DNA of 28,480 nucleotides from Trichinella spiralis (GCF_000181795.1 NW_003526941.1:2702661-2731140), one strand, 5' to 3'; counted from the first letter of the stretch, positions 1 through 12,654 are shown. The notes: generated from the letters alone by a model not told the origin. Program-made: numbers and translations.

Positions 1-357
1 GTGGATAACATTTGTAATCACTTACAAATGTGCTTCTTTATTATTTTGCACTGTTTACAATTTTGTTGTAAAATTAATAATAAAAAGTAGCAATTGCACT
101 GCAAAGATTGAAATGTTACTGTTAACAATGTATAGAAGTGGATGAGCAAACCTGCACTGGATGTATCTAGTATTTCCTTCAGTTTGGATGAATTTCAAAA
201 AAAAATAGCCTGTGATTGACTGTGCAAAACTGCGTTTGTTTGTTGTATAATTTACACATTTTACATTTTGAATGCTGTAACTCTTTGTGCCTTGAATTTG
301 TTTCTAGTTTCTAACAGCTTCCACTTTGCATATCCAAAAATTATTGTATTCCCATAT

Positions 358-360
<3 letters not shown>

Positions 361-398
<38 letters not shown>
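361..398. repeat. (TA)n microsatellite
   Basis: Perfect TA run; shorter and interrupted in copy B (~21081..21104). Confidence 0.95.
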
Positions 399-404
<6 letters not shown>

Positions 405-566
405 TATTATATTCCAGTTGAAAAGAAAAACGAATAGAAAAAAAAGGATACGTACGTTAACAATTGCCTGTGATAAGTGGAATGAAAAGGGCAAAGTATT
501 CACATGATCAACATGATTAACTGCTGATAATTTTAAACATTACTGTGAAAAAGGAAATTTACTCAC

Positions 567-770
567 CTGTTCTGGTAGTGTAAACTGAAGTTTGGCTTGT
601 TGTACACTAAATGAATGGTTGGAAGTAGGGTGTGGCGGCAAACGTCTTCGCTGAATGGAGATTAAAAACGAACTACTTGGAGAATGTTGGAAATCGAATG
701 GTGCAAAATGAGCTGGCGGATACGTTGCATTTGCGTGCGCTGCTTTATTCTTTATAGCATCATTATTGGT
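567..770 (-). other. Candidate minus-strand exon (204 nt, open phase 0-0 frame)
   Basis: (CT)n...CAACAG| acceptor and CAG|GTGAGT donor enclose 68 stop-free codons; no recognisable homology; duplicated at 21273..21476. Confidence 0.3.
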
Positions 771-783
771 CTGTTGCGCAGTT

Positions 784-798
784 GAGAGAGAGAGAGAG
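784..798. repeat. (GA)n microsatellite
   Basis: G(AG)7 here versus G(AG)14 at 21490..21518. Confidence 0.9.
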
Positions 799-1461
799 GC
801 AGCTGCGTTGCGAGGGTTTCACGTCAAAATCAAACCCCAGTGTATATTATGTGATGATGTTGCTGAACACTTTGAAGTTAGTTTTGAAAGAATTAGTTTT
901 GGAGCAACTTATCAAAGCTGGCCTCCAAGCTAGTTGGGCACGTATAGCGTCAGCGAAACAATCAAATGCAATCATCATTCATCACTTTGAAAACTTTCCC
1001 ACAAATCTTTTTTGCAGTTGATTATTTTTTATGATTGTTTTGATTTCCTTTGATTAACTGTATTTTTCTGATATGCTAATTTTCTGTTTGATTGTATTGA
1101 AGTTTTCCATGAAACTTTTTCACTGATGCAATCTCGGTTTTTTCGTAAATTAGAGAGTTTGGATTTGTAGTTGTTATGATTTTTCTTTCAATTTCTTTTT
1201 CTGAATCTCTGAAGTCAGAGGTAAATTTCTTCCCTGTAATGCACTTTCAACTATGATGCGTGAGACTGTTTGTCAGAGCGTAATAATTGCTAATTGGATG
1301 TCACTGAAAACTCACGGCACATTTGACACTATTTATAACAAATATTTCAAACTGATATTGGCCTGGGAAACGTGTGACAATTAAATATGCTGTTCTGTCT
1401 TATCATTGGCTGCTATTATCTATTTGTACACCGTTGCTAATCCAACAACAAAGCGAATTTG

Positions 1462-1546
1462 TACATATATATATATGTATATATATACATATGTATTATA
1501 TTAGTATGTATATGTATTGATGTATCCTATTGTATGTATATGTATT
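1462..1546. repeat. Compound TA/TATG low-complexity repeat
   Basis: catatatatatatgtatatatatacatatgtat...tgtatgtatatgtattg. Confidence 0.8.
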
Positions 1547-4029
1547 GACTTGATTTGCTTGTTAGCGGTGTCTAGTGTCATGCGAGATGTATCGATAAAT
1601 GCAAATATGAGCTGTGTTGTTAATTAATTAATTTATGCTTCTGGGTGATTTTTCTAACATTTATATTTGTTTTTTGAAGTTATTTTATGTTTAATGTTTA
1701 TATGTTTAATTTTTTGATTTTTTCAAAATTTCCTTTTTAATTATCAATAAGAAATGTGAAGAGAATAAAGTTTTTCCACGCGTCTTGTAAACTTTACCAA
1801 TAATACGAATCTGAAACGTAAAGTTTCTAAAATTTTATCTTCACTTTTGAGGTAATCGATGAAATACAGTGTTAACCTCAATATAACAACAATTAGTAAT
1901 AGCCGACTGACAAAAATCATTGCAGCTTAGTAAAACAGAAAAATTATCTTCGCGGTGAAGCATATATTTGTGTTTTTTGATTTTGCTAACTTGATTAATA
2001 TTTTTTGGCATCAGCAACTTTGATCTGATCAAAGTTTTCAATTAGATATTAGTGGCAATAATCATGGTTGAAATAAATCTACATTTCAGTTGCAAGATTT
2101 TCATGAAAAGTAGCTTTCAATTGATCCAAGGCAAAGCAAGTATTATTGATTTCATTTTCTTGCCTGTTTTGCTTTATAAAAGTCAGCTGATCTTTTGCAT
2201 AAAGTGAATTTAAATGAATGAATAACTGACTGCTGCTAGGGTTTCTTTATGCTGTGTCTGTTGAATGGTTTTGCACTTTATTCATTCAACCCAGATACTC
2301 AGATGATTCCTTTTTAATACTTAACAGTCAAATTTTCTAGTACAGTAATACGATTTTATTACCATGCTTATTGTGATGTTTTGCTCAGTGAGCGTTGATC
2401 AGACACAAGTATAAATGTAAGTGCAAAAAATAAGCAGAAATCTGGCGATTTTGAACAGAGAGTTTACTTTGGTAAATTTTTTGAAAATTCTTAGTAATGG
2501 TTTTTCAAAAGTATTATTTATAATGAGTAATTTTTGTGCGAAATTGTTTTCCACTGACAGGTGCATGGTTTGAAATTTTTGGATGAAGTTAAATTATTTG
2601 TGAAATAGCTGCACTTTATGATTGACTTTGTTTCAAGTTGAATATAGCTGAACTGAACGATCGCGATCGAGCAGAAACAGTCAGAGCAGTTTATTCAGAT
2701 TGTACTATTGAAACGCTTTATTTATTTTTCATTTAAATGCCTTTCAATCAATTACTGAAGACTAATTTATTTGTTTTAAGGTTATTTATGATGGTAGTAA
2801 AATTTTAATATCTTACTTTGAACTTCTTTACCTCAATTGTACGTCGGTATTTATTTTTAAGTGTTCCAATTCTCCACTTTGCACTTTTGAAAGTTTTAAA
2901 TGGTTTTCAATAAATGGACATTATTTTAATTCATCAATTGGCGACTTGTAAAATTGGCAAAATTGATTTTCAAATTCAGGCGTATTTCGTTATTAGCATT
3001 TCATTAATTGTAACTAGCTTTTGTTTATTTTTAGACACTGTAAATGTACAGTTTGAAATGTTTTTAGTGACGATGTTCAGCAGTTAAGTTTTAATCATAT
3101 TTTATTTTTCAGGCGACTTTGAATCGCAGCATCCTTGCTATTTTGCACTGCTATGAAAAAAATAAAAAGAAAACAAGTGTGCAAAAAGGAAGATGTTACC
3201 TTTCAAAAAAGCTATAATATTAGCAGTCTGAGGTACAATTTTAACGTGACAAACTTAATTGTACTGAATATTCGTTTGTTTTAGTGGGATGGGATACTGT
3301 TTTTGTTGTTGTTGTTGCTGCTGTTATTGAATTTGCATATTTCAAGTAGCGATTGTTACGATTAATTCAAATGACATGGGAAGACAAGACTGTTATCATG
3401 AGCAACTGAATCAACGGAACATTTGTCACTCATTTGTGAAAGAGTGGATGAAAAGAATATCTAAATACATAAATAAAAGTGGTATGGGAAAGTTAGTTGG
3501 ACTGCTTGATGCGTTGCTGTGCGGTCTTGATGGCGACAAACTGATTGAAAACTGCAGCATGGAACGTGTTGTCAAACGTTGTTTGACGCGTCACATTCCA
3601 TACCAATGGCACGTCATCGTTTTTCCACGATTGGGGGTCAGTGAGAAAAAAATGCGCGAAATAAGCGAAGCAGTTGGTGAGATGCCATTGGAAAAGAAAA
3701 AAGCTGCTATTTACTTTGAATGATGAAATCAGTTCGTATAAGTCGAACAGAACGAACAATAAGAGAGAGAGAGAAAGTTTTGCAGAAATGCTCACTCAGC
3801 CTGCCTAACGCCGATTGGCCTGTTGCCAACGACCGTTTTCATCTCAACTTATGGATAAAAGAAAAGCAGGTCTGCTGAATTTTTTTCTGTTAATTTTATC
3901 AGTAACTTTTCGGTTTTGCTTTTCTTTTATTTTCTGAATTTTTTTTCGAAACTGTACATGTTGAGGGGTTTTTTTTGCTCTCGCTGTTTTGTTTCTCTTC
4001 TCTTTTGTTACTAGTTTGTCAATGGCCTG

Positions 4030-4073
4030 TATATATATATATATATATATATATATTAGTGGTCAATATACAT

Positions 4074-4113
<40 letters not shown>
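4030..4113. repeat. Compound (TA)n microsatellite: two tracts with a short spacer
   Basis: (TA)n-tagtggtcaatatacatatacataca-(TA)n; a single tract in copy B (~24938..24957). Confidence 0.93.
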
Positions 4114-4115
<2 letters not shown>

Positions 4116-7100
4116 TCACAATCTTCATTTGCAGCCGAGTGGCGTCATTTTCTTTCGACAGCGCAGACAACAGCATAGCATGATGATTTCCAAGTGATTG
4201 TAATCTGATCAATCCATCTCTTCGAGATTCGTCAAATTTTTACTGCATAGCTATATCAGCTAGCTGCAGCAGCTATGTTTAGCCGAAAAATATTAACAGG
4301 AAAGAATGAATATTCATTCTTCTTCACTGCACATTTTTCCGATCCAATGCATCAAATATGAAAGCACGCGTTTGAACTGCGGTTATCTTTATGCGCATTA
4401 ATTCATGATTTAATTTTTTTATTTTTTGAAGTTTAAAGTTTTATTGATGAGGGGTCTTGTTTTTTTCCACTAACAAATGTGCGAATGTCTAGAAGTGTTC
4501 AGCATTTTTGAAATGAGCTATCAGAGAAGTTTGTGAAATTCCATTATTCACCTAGTCAGTAATGTGGTACGTTCTCCTTTTTGCATGTTTGTAAAATTGT
4601 AAGCGTTTTACTTGTAGTTGTAATAAGGATGCTTCTTTTTTGCGAGATTCATATCTCCCCCTTTTTGTATATTATTCATTCATTGCATAGGTTTTTAAAT
4701 TTAATAAAAAACAGCTTTTTCTTCTTGTAAATAACAATTTGTGTCAGTCAAGTGAATATTTTATATGGCGAATTTCAAATTTTCAGTATCTCTTTCACAC
4801 GAAAACAATTAATTATAAGGATTAGTTTCAAGTGGTCAAAGAAAGATAATAAATGGGGAGCGGTATGGGTCTTAGTGTTTGCAGATTGGCAGATTATAAA
4901 AGAAATATATGATCTTTTTTGTATTAATACTTAAAGATTAGTATTATATTGTGATGTACATTGCAGGAAGCTTAGACGCAAACTGAAATTGTTTGCAGAA
5001 GAATGTGTGTGATTGTTTTCTTTTTATTTCACGAAAATTTCCAGAGTTTTGAAGAAAAAAAACGACTGATCTGGAGTGTAGATTTTGTTTGTAATTTTTT
5101 TCCATTCATGGGAGGAGAACGGGGAAGGGAGCAATTTGTTCAGTTGTTTGAGCTACGACAGACGGCTAGCTAGTTAGCTGTCGTCACAATGGTTAAGTTT
5201 TGGGAAAACGTCAAATTGGGGGCGTCAACGTTGAGCGTGTTTTAACCGACACATTAGCTTGTTTGGATTTTCTAAACAGCAGCACAGCGCTTCAACTTAG
5301 TGATTGATGCACTAATCAGTGTTGTCAGATAGCGATAAAATTATCGCTTGTACGAGAGCATTAAGCTGGGCTTTTCTGCTTTCTGCAAAGATATCAACCA
5401 TTTTCTAGAATGGAACGATCCGACTTGTGGTAGTGTGTGTTGGCGCGTTCAAGCGTGAATTCAGTCAAGCGTTCATTGTTTATCAAAAGCTTGATGCCTT
5501 TTCATGCGTCAAGCATGTCTGCTGTGGGTATGGGTTAGAGACGATTTTGATGTTCGGTACAGTGAACAGATTTTTATTTAACGTTGATCAGTTTTTTCTG
5601 AACAACTTTCAGCTAGTTGCCTTTTGTACGAGCTTCGTCATGGCTAATTGCGGCAGACAATGATTGATTGATTGTTACAAAGTAATTTTTTAATGCTTTA
5701 CAGATTATTTCTTATCTGCTGTCAAAAGATGATCTGATAAAATAAATAATTACGTTTTTCAATCTTAGCAGCTTATCGAATCAAAATAGCTGTTCGTTGA
5801 ATTTTGTTGTAATTTGGCAAAATATTAACCTTATTTGTAGTCTGATTATTTTCACTGCATTTATAGATTAAGATCGTCCATCATTTTCATTTGCTTGGAA
5901 ATTGTCAGACTTTTTCTTTGCTCAGATCAATTGTTTTGCCGTTTTAGAATTTTGCATAATTTAGTTGCTTTCTGTTGATCTTCCGATTCAAGCGAAGCAG
6001 TCAAGCAGATTGAAGATTCTGTCAGAAAACAAGCAACGGGCTTAGCTCATTTCGTTTGAAAATTTATTTTTCATTTGACCATTTCCTGGGGCGCCGTTGT
6101 TCAAATCCTTTGCCTACATCATCTCTGCTGCTGCTGTTGAACTTATTTGATCAGGGGACAGTTTTCATTATTGTTCCCAATGCAAACACACTGCTACATC
6201 ACAATTTGCACTTGTTTTATTCAATTTTCACCAAATTGCCTCAGTTCAACTGACATCTTCTGCTTTGAAAGGCCATTTTCTCTTTTTCTTCTTTTTTTAT
6301 TTATTGCTGCTGCCCTTCTCGAGCTATTTCAATTTTGCCATTTTTGTGCAAAATTGTGCGCAAATACTTGTTGAATTCAATTTATTGAGTAGTTGGTGAA
6401 TATTTTTGATTTTTTAAATGGTAAAATGACTCGTAATTGTGATGTGATTTGTATTTTATTTTCTAAGCAAAATTACGAAGACACATGTGTAGATGATTGT
6501 TTTCATAATTTTACAACACCTCAGTTGGAAAGATGATTGAAAGATTTCACTTATTCAACTATTATTCATTTATTATTCATCTGAAGCTTTTCATTTAATT
6601 AGAAAAAATGACTTTATGTAGTTTATAACTTTTTTTCATTTAGTTTGAGTGATCAGAACTTTTCTATGTATTTTTTGTTGTTGTGCGGTTGTACGTTTGA
6701 ATATTTTTGCCTTTGTCATGCGTTTTGTTGAACTGCTGTTAATCGTTGGTAATCTGTCCCCATGCATCGCAGATAAGAAGATCTGCTTTAGGCAACGGTA
6801 AGCTTATTGGAGTGGAAATTGAAATTCAATTTTAGCAAATAAAAAAAATATATTATGGATGGTGGATGATCATCCGGCCGGTTGCTGCTGCTCTGCTGTG
6901 TTGTGATGATCATCGCTATTCTCCACAACGCCGGCAATTATTGCAGTTTCGAGCTAATTGGCGTTGTTTTACGCTCTGTGACGTCACGACGTTTCGTGTT
7001 CAAGCTTCGGTCGGTTGTCTCGGTTGATTGACGCCGTGTAACTTGAAAATCTCTCCGTTATTTGTGATGTTCTCTTTTTTTATCTTCATATCTCCATTGT

Positions 7101-9108
7101 TTTGTTGTGTGTAATTATTTTGAATTTGCACGGATGAATGTGGATGTTTTGTTGCAATGCAGCTCGCACATGTAAAAAAGAAAAAATGAATCTTGAAAGC
7201 TCGTTGTTTGAGCTTTCGTCTGTTGAAAAAAGGAGGAAAAATTGCCTGCTGAGCAAAATAGCAAGCAGCAACTTGTTTTCTTAGAGATTTTATTCAACGT
7301 GCCATTGTTCCACTTGAACTTGAAACAGGGTAGCAGAATGATTATGTAAATATGTATATATTCTCGGTCTTTAATGAATTCGCTCTTGTTTGTTCTGTTG
7401 GTATTGGTTCAGTTGCAGTTATTTATGAAAAAGGGGTTGAATCAGGCTATCATATTCGATTATGCATGCTATCAGGCAGAATTAAGCATCGTTATTTATC
7501 ACATATCGAAGTATTTGTTGTCCAACTGGTTAGGTTAATGATTTTACTTCCATAAGCTATTTTTCATGCTTTGATTTATTACTGTTACTATTCCATTTGT
7601 TTATATATAATTTATGAAGCATGTTTTGCAAAAAGTGAACTGTGTTAGAGTTGCAGTGGACGAGAGAAAATTTATCGAAAGAAAACAGTTCGGAAGCAGA
7701 AATAAATCATTTGTTGTGTAAGCTGTTTGCGATGGGAGCTTGACTTTTTGTTTATTCTGAAATGTTGTAGCTTTTTTTCTCTATTCACAGAGGCTATTAG
7801 TTTTCTTCTACCCCTGCCCATTATTGTTCCATTTTCTTTCTTTTCATATTATATTTTTTTAAGAATTTACAAAAACACCTGCTGTTCAGAATTCACGTAA
7901 GCATTTGTTTTTTATTTTCCCTGTTTGTTTGTTTGGTTTTTTTTAATTTCTGTTTTGTGTATACGGTGACGTGGAAAATGTTGTTGCTGGTGTTTTGCTG
8001 TTCATCGCTGCTGTATATTAGGTTGGGGTTTTGGTGAAATTTCGGCTTGTAGTGGTGGTGGTGGTGGTTGTGCTTGCGGCTACGTAGAAGCGTAAACTTG
8101 TTGTCTTTTCAAAAAATAATGCATTGGCCTGTTTCTGTCGTTCACGGGCATGGGATTCAAACGCGGAGCACTGGAGCGAAGAGATGGAAAAAGTTGCAAT
8201 GTAGAAAAATAAATTTCAACATTACAACAAAATTACACGTGTAAAGAGTAATTGTTCTGTTAATGCTTTTTCAATAAGACAGCTTAAACAGAAGTCATTG
8301 GTGATGATAATGTATGGCAGTGCCAGTTTGCATATAGCTAGTTATTTTTTGTAGCTTATTATGTAGCTTCGTATTATTTGATTTCTTTTTGAGAACTTCA
8401 CCATTTTTTTTCATGTTGCAGCTTTTACGCTTCACATGTTCAATGAAAACTTGCACGGCTAGCTTGAGAGTGGGCGGTGCGGATTTCCTTCCGTAAGAGA
8501 CGTTTTGTTCGATGTTTGCTTGATGAATACATACAGAAATGACTGAACGCTGACGCATGCTTTTAGCTGTCCTTGTTTTGTCTGCGTCAGTGTACACTTT
8601 AACACCGCTTCGAATTGGTCACATTCACCTTGGCGAATCGAAAATTATTCTCACCAATCGTTATTTAACTACTACGTTTACTAGTACTAGTATTCTTTTT
8701 TTTTGAACTTTTTCTCTTCTGCACATTGATGTAGCTGTTGCTGTTGCTGCTGATGTATGTATGTATCTTTGTATAGCTTCTTTTTTATTTTATTGGTTCT
8801 TTTTTTTATTGTCGAGATTTTATTCAAAACTGGTTGACGAGTCAGCTTATGCCAGCTAATTTTTGAAACGTTCATCATCGTTTGCTTTTTCCATTTTTTT
8901 TATATTCAAATTTTTCACTGTTATCACTACAAGCGATTTACGTGTTTGGTATTTGTGTGTGTTTATTTTTTTTTGTTCATGCTTGTCTGTCGATCGATGC
9001 AAGCGTTGGAAAGAAGGAGACACTAATAATAATAATGAGAATAAGAATAAGAATAATGAATGAATGAATGAAAGCGAAACGCAACCGGCCAAAGTAGTTT
9101 TGCAATTT

Positions 9109-9128
9109 TTATTCATTTCAGATTTCAG
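9109..9128 (+). promoter_or_regulatory. Tandem TTTCAG splice or trans-splice acceptors upstream of exon 1
   Basis: ttattcaTTTCAGaTTTCAG lies at the sharp transition from AT-rich to GC-rich sequence; no ATG follows until 9251. Confidence 0.5.
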
Positions 9129-9250
9129 TCTCGAGCCGAGCGTTGACGATCGAACTGTAGGCGACGACAAGTCAGAAGTGGTTGAACGCGCGTTTGGGGC
9201 GTTTTCAGGCTGTCCGAGGGAAGCTAATTGCGAGCTTCTGGCAGCGGCAG

Positions 9251-10249
9251 ATGGACGACTCAGACGAGCAGAAGCGAGCCGGCTTTTCGTGGCAAAAGTC
9301 GTCCACGGCCAGCATTGATCGACCGCTCGCGGCGCCTCTGCTACAGGACGCGGCCGTGGCGAGTTTGTTGGATTTGAGGAACATTGGCTGCGCTTTGGCG
9401 TTCCTGCAACCGGACGGGAGTGGTTCAGCCGACGCCGCCGTATATTCGACGTCGACCATGTCGTCGTCGACAAGGACGGTGAACACCGACACCAGCAGTT
9501 CGACGACGGCGCAGGGCCAGAATCCATCGACGCAGACGGTCAGCTCGAAGAAAACCTACAACGTCACGTCGCGGGTCACGTCGACCAGGCACAGCAGTCG
9601 TGAGGTGACGTTGAATACCGGCGGCAAGGATTTGGCCAGCTTGGATTTGGCCGATTTGGCCAAAGAGTTGGAGAAGCATCAGCCCAGGGAAAGCAACGGC
9701 GATTTGACGATGCCGTTTTTGGACCCTGCCCAGCTGGCCGGCGTCGACTCGCCAGCGGCGATCATATTCCAGCAGCTGTTGAACGTGGAAAAGGAGCGCT
9801 TTGCCAACTTGTTCCCTCAGTTGCGTTGCGTGCGCAGTTCACCGTCCCCTCTGGAAACCACCGTCCGAATCATCCGCAACGCCGACGGCACCGTCACTCG
9901 CATACAGACCGTCCAGAGTCGCAGTGTGATTCGTTGCCGTCAGGTGACCAAGCAGAAAGGGGACGAGACGAAAAGCACCGTACGGGCGGTGGTCCACTAC
10001 GAGGGTCCTGGTGGCAAGGTTCGTTTGAAGTTGGAAGATGACGGGTCAGTGGATTCGGAGGAAAGCGGCGGCGAGGACGATGACGACGACGACGGCCACC
10101 TCCAACTGTCGCCGGCCAAACTCGGCTTGCCCAGTCCGAACAGTGACGAACCGTTGGCCGAAGGAGCGCCTGACAAAGCCTTTTACGCTGCTCAAGAGTT
10201 GGTCGACACGGAGCGTCGTTACGTCGGCAAGCTGATTCTCTTGGTCGAG
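9251..10249 (+). CDS. exc-5: FGD-family GEF coding exon 1: Ser/Thr-rich and acidic N-terminus plus first DH helix
   Basis: Lies within ORF 9182..10285; GC-rich; ends KAFYAAQELVDTERRYVGKLILLVE at donor GAG|GTAAGA (phase 0). ATG 9251 is the first ATG after the TTTCAG sites at 9121, 9128 and 9208. The 5' boundary is uncertain. Confidence 0.88.
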
Positions 10250-12612
10250 GTAAGAGCTGACCATTTTCCTTTCACACTTGCTTGATTGCACTCGGTATAA
10301 TTAATTAATTATATTTCCTTTTTGCAAATATTTCTTGAGAATTTATTTTAATTTTATTCTTCACATTACCGTATTCTTCTGTCGCTTTTCATGCACGCGT
10401 TTGTGGTTGATCACGGCGATTTTTCCTCTCGCTTCTTCTATGAAAGGCAAATGTAAATTTTCAAAATTTACTTTGCACAAGCGATTTGATCAAATCATTC
10501 CGGCCCATTAGCAATTCGATAATAACTTGCAATCGTTGATGGAAACATATTATCTATTTCACTGCAATGCTAAAGCGAATAATAACAGCAGGCCACTTAT
10601 TCTTTTTGCGATTATTGTAAAAATTTTCATTTTTTCGACAACAAAAGAACATCCATCGCTGTGTGACATGGATGAATTGCTTTTGCAAATTTATTCTTGA
10701 ACTGTTTGTCTACTTCTCACAAGAAGCAGCATCGTCATCGTCAACAGTAGCCGCTTCAGCGCTAGCTCTGCTCTTTCCATCTGTTGTCGTTGTACTCCGC
10801 TGAGTCATCGCATTAGCATTACAATACACTAGCCTGCAGCATTTTTTGATCACGTTTTCCGCGGAACAGTGACAATTGGAAGATATTTTCTTTTCTTCGA
10901 ATAAAAAAATCAAATTTCAAAAATTAAGGGAGGAAAATAAAAAACACATCCTATAATAATGTACTATAATACTATTAGCGTTTATTGTCCATGTGGAGTG
11001 TTTTTCTCTGACTGAGCGTTTTTACTTGAACTGTCAGTTGGAGGAATATACACGATTATTCTTATTTCTTAAATAAAGCAGTGAAGTTCTTTTCTTTCTT
11101 AATTGGTAAATTGTCTTCTTTTTAAATAATACTTGAAAAGTTCCGTTCAACAAAAGCTACACTGAATCAGAACTTTTTTTCACTGTCAGTTGATCGAATT
11201 ATAAAGTGTATGTTTTTTTTTCATATTTTTTAAATTTCATTTCTTTTTTTATTTGTTCGAAATTTTCACCCTTTGCGATGATACACTGACCGTACGTCGA
11301 TCATCGATCTGATTTGAAGCGATTGCGAATGTGGTTAGTTTTCTTCTTTTTTTTACGTTTTTTCTTATTTAGCCTCAAAAATGGCATTCATATGTCTCAG
11401 ATGAGTTTTCCAATTATGACTAGTGCGTTCAATTTTTCCCAGACCCAGACCAGACGATCGTTTAATTATCCTTTTGCATGCTCAATCGAACATTTTTCTT
11501 TTTGTCGTTGTTGCTCATACTGACGTGTTCTTTGTTTGTATCGTTTCTCTTTTAAATTATGCTATATCATCGTCGTCGTCGTCGTCGTCGTCGTTGATCT
11601 TATTCTATTTATTGGAGAGTACACGAGAATGCAGTACCAATTTGAAATCACTTTCATTTGTCCTCATTATTTACTGTAGATTTTGTGTGTTTCTCCATTT
11701 TGCAGCTTATTTTTGTTTATAATTTATTGTTATGCAGAATTATGCGCGTACCATTTGAATGTTATCTTATCGTCATATGAAATTTCTGCCCTGTCTTTGT
11801 CTTGTTGCTATTTGGTGAAATTGCTGTGAAACATACCGGGTTTGTAAAACGAGTCATCTGTGCTGAAAATTGATTGTGGAATTTTTGATCACATCTGCAT
11901 TGTTGGCGTGTTCTTGTTGTGAGTCATCAGTCATGCTGCGGTGTTGTAAATTTGTCTTGTCGACACAGAAATGAAATTTTATTTCATGCTGATGCTTCAC
12001 AACTGTGAACTGAGCAACAACGTTGCTTGGAATCTCACTCAACTGGTGGTTGCATTGACATGTCTGTGCCACATATAATACATATACACATATACAATAA
12101 ACAACTGGACCTCGTTGTAATTACCTTGCCGCTTTCTAAATGTCGCAAATTATCCTTGTTTTTGGTTTGCGTATTAAAGAGCAATTTTAATTCCAATGGA
12201 AAATTTGCTTTCAAGGCATTCGCCAAACAAGATTTTCAGAAGAGATTTTTAAAATATTCAACTGCAAAATTGATTTGATTTGATTTGATTGAGGAAAAGT
12301 TGATTTCGTGGACAAAAAATTGTCATGGAAATGCTGCTATGTCAGAATAGCTATAGTGGAAGGGTTTTGTTTTTTTTGGATTTTTTTTGTTTTAATTGAA
12401 TTTTGTTGTAATTGTATCGATTTCTCTAGTCATCTGTCATTCGAAACTGAAAAGAAGAAAACGAATCGTGATTTTTAATAGTTATACTAGCAGAGGGGGG
12501 GGGGCAGTGTTTAATTTCCACTTTACTTAATAAATTTGAACTTTCGATTTGTTTGATTATATTCAGCAGTGGTCTCTGGAAATTTGTGCTCTGACTGAGC
12601 TTGACCTATTAA

Positions 12613-12654
<42 letters not shown>

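Larger units (their letters stand above)
1..7621 (+). repeat. Large direct duplication, copy A (partner 20721..28480)
   Basis: Near-identical sequence at an offset of about 20.7-20.9 kb (gtggataaca at 1 and 20721); the ORF track repeats, e.g. 3376/24285, 5427/26271, 7352/28213. Confidence 0.97.

Noticed and set aside
3113..3232. Possible upstream GEF exon (TTTTTCAG|...GAG|GTACAA, ATG at 3153)
   Set aside because: The ATG frame ends in phase 2, incompatible with the in-frame phase-0 acceptors of exon 1; weak donor and low-complexity Lys-rich peptide.
3376..3723. 115-aa ATG ORF (MGRQDCYHEQ...), also at 24285..24632
   Set aside because: No recognisable domain, and it overlaps a similar-length antisense ORF. 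Its recurrence only reflects the near-identical duplication, and the one visible protein change is non-synonymous (S/N). Not excluded, but unsupported.
261..4183. ORFs with YIYIYI and RERERE runs (261..503, 782..1021, 3975..4178, 3989..4183)
   Set aside because: Translations of TA and GA microsatellites.
9064..9318. 84-aa overlapping upstream ORF suggesting a frameshift or uORF
   Set aside because: Its ATG lies in a (GAAT)n repeat upstream of the acceptors and would be spliced out; no evidence that it is coding.
8856..9527. 223-aa minus-strand ORF and other antisense or alternative-frame ORFs over exon 1
   Set aside because: Shadow ORFs expected in GC-rich coding sequence; this one runs into low-complexity AT repeats and has no motifs.
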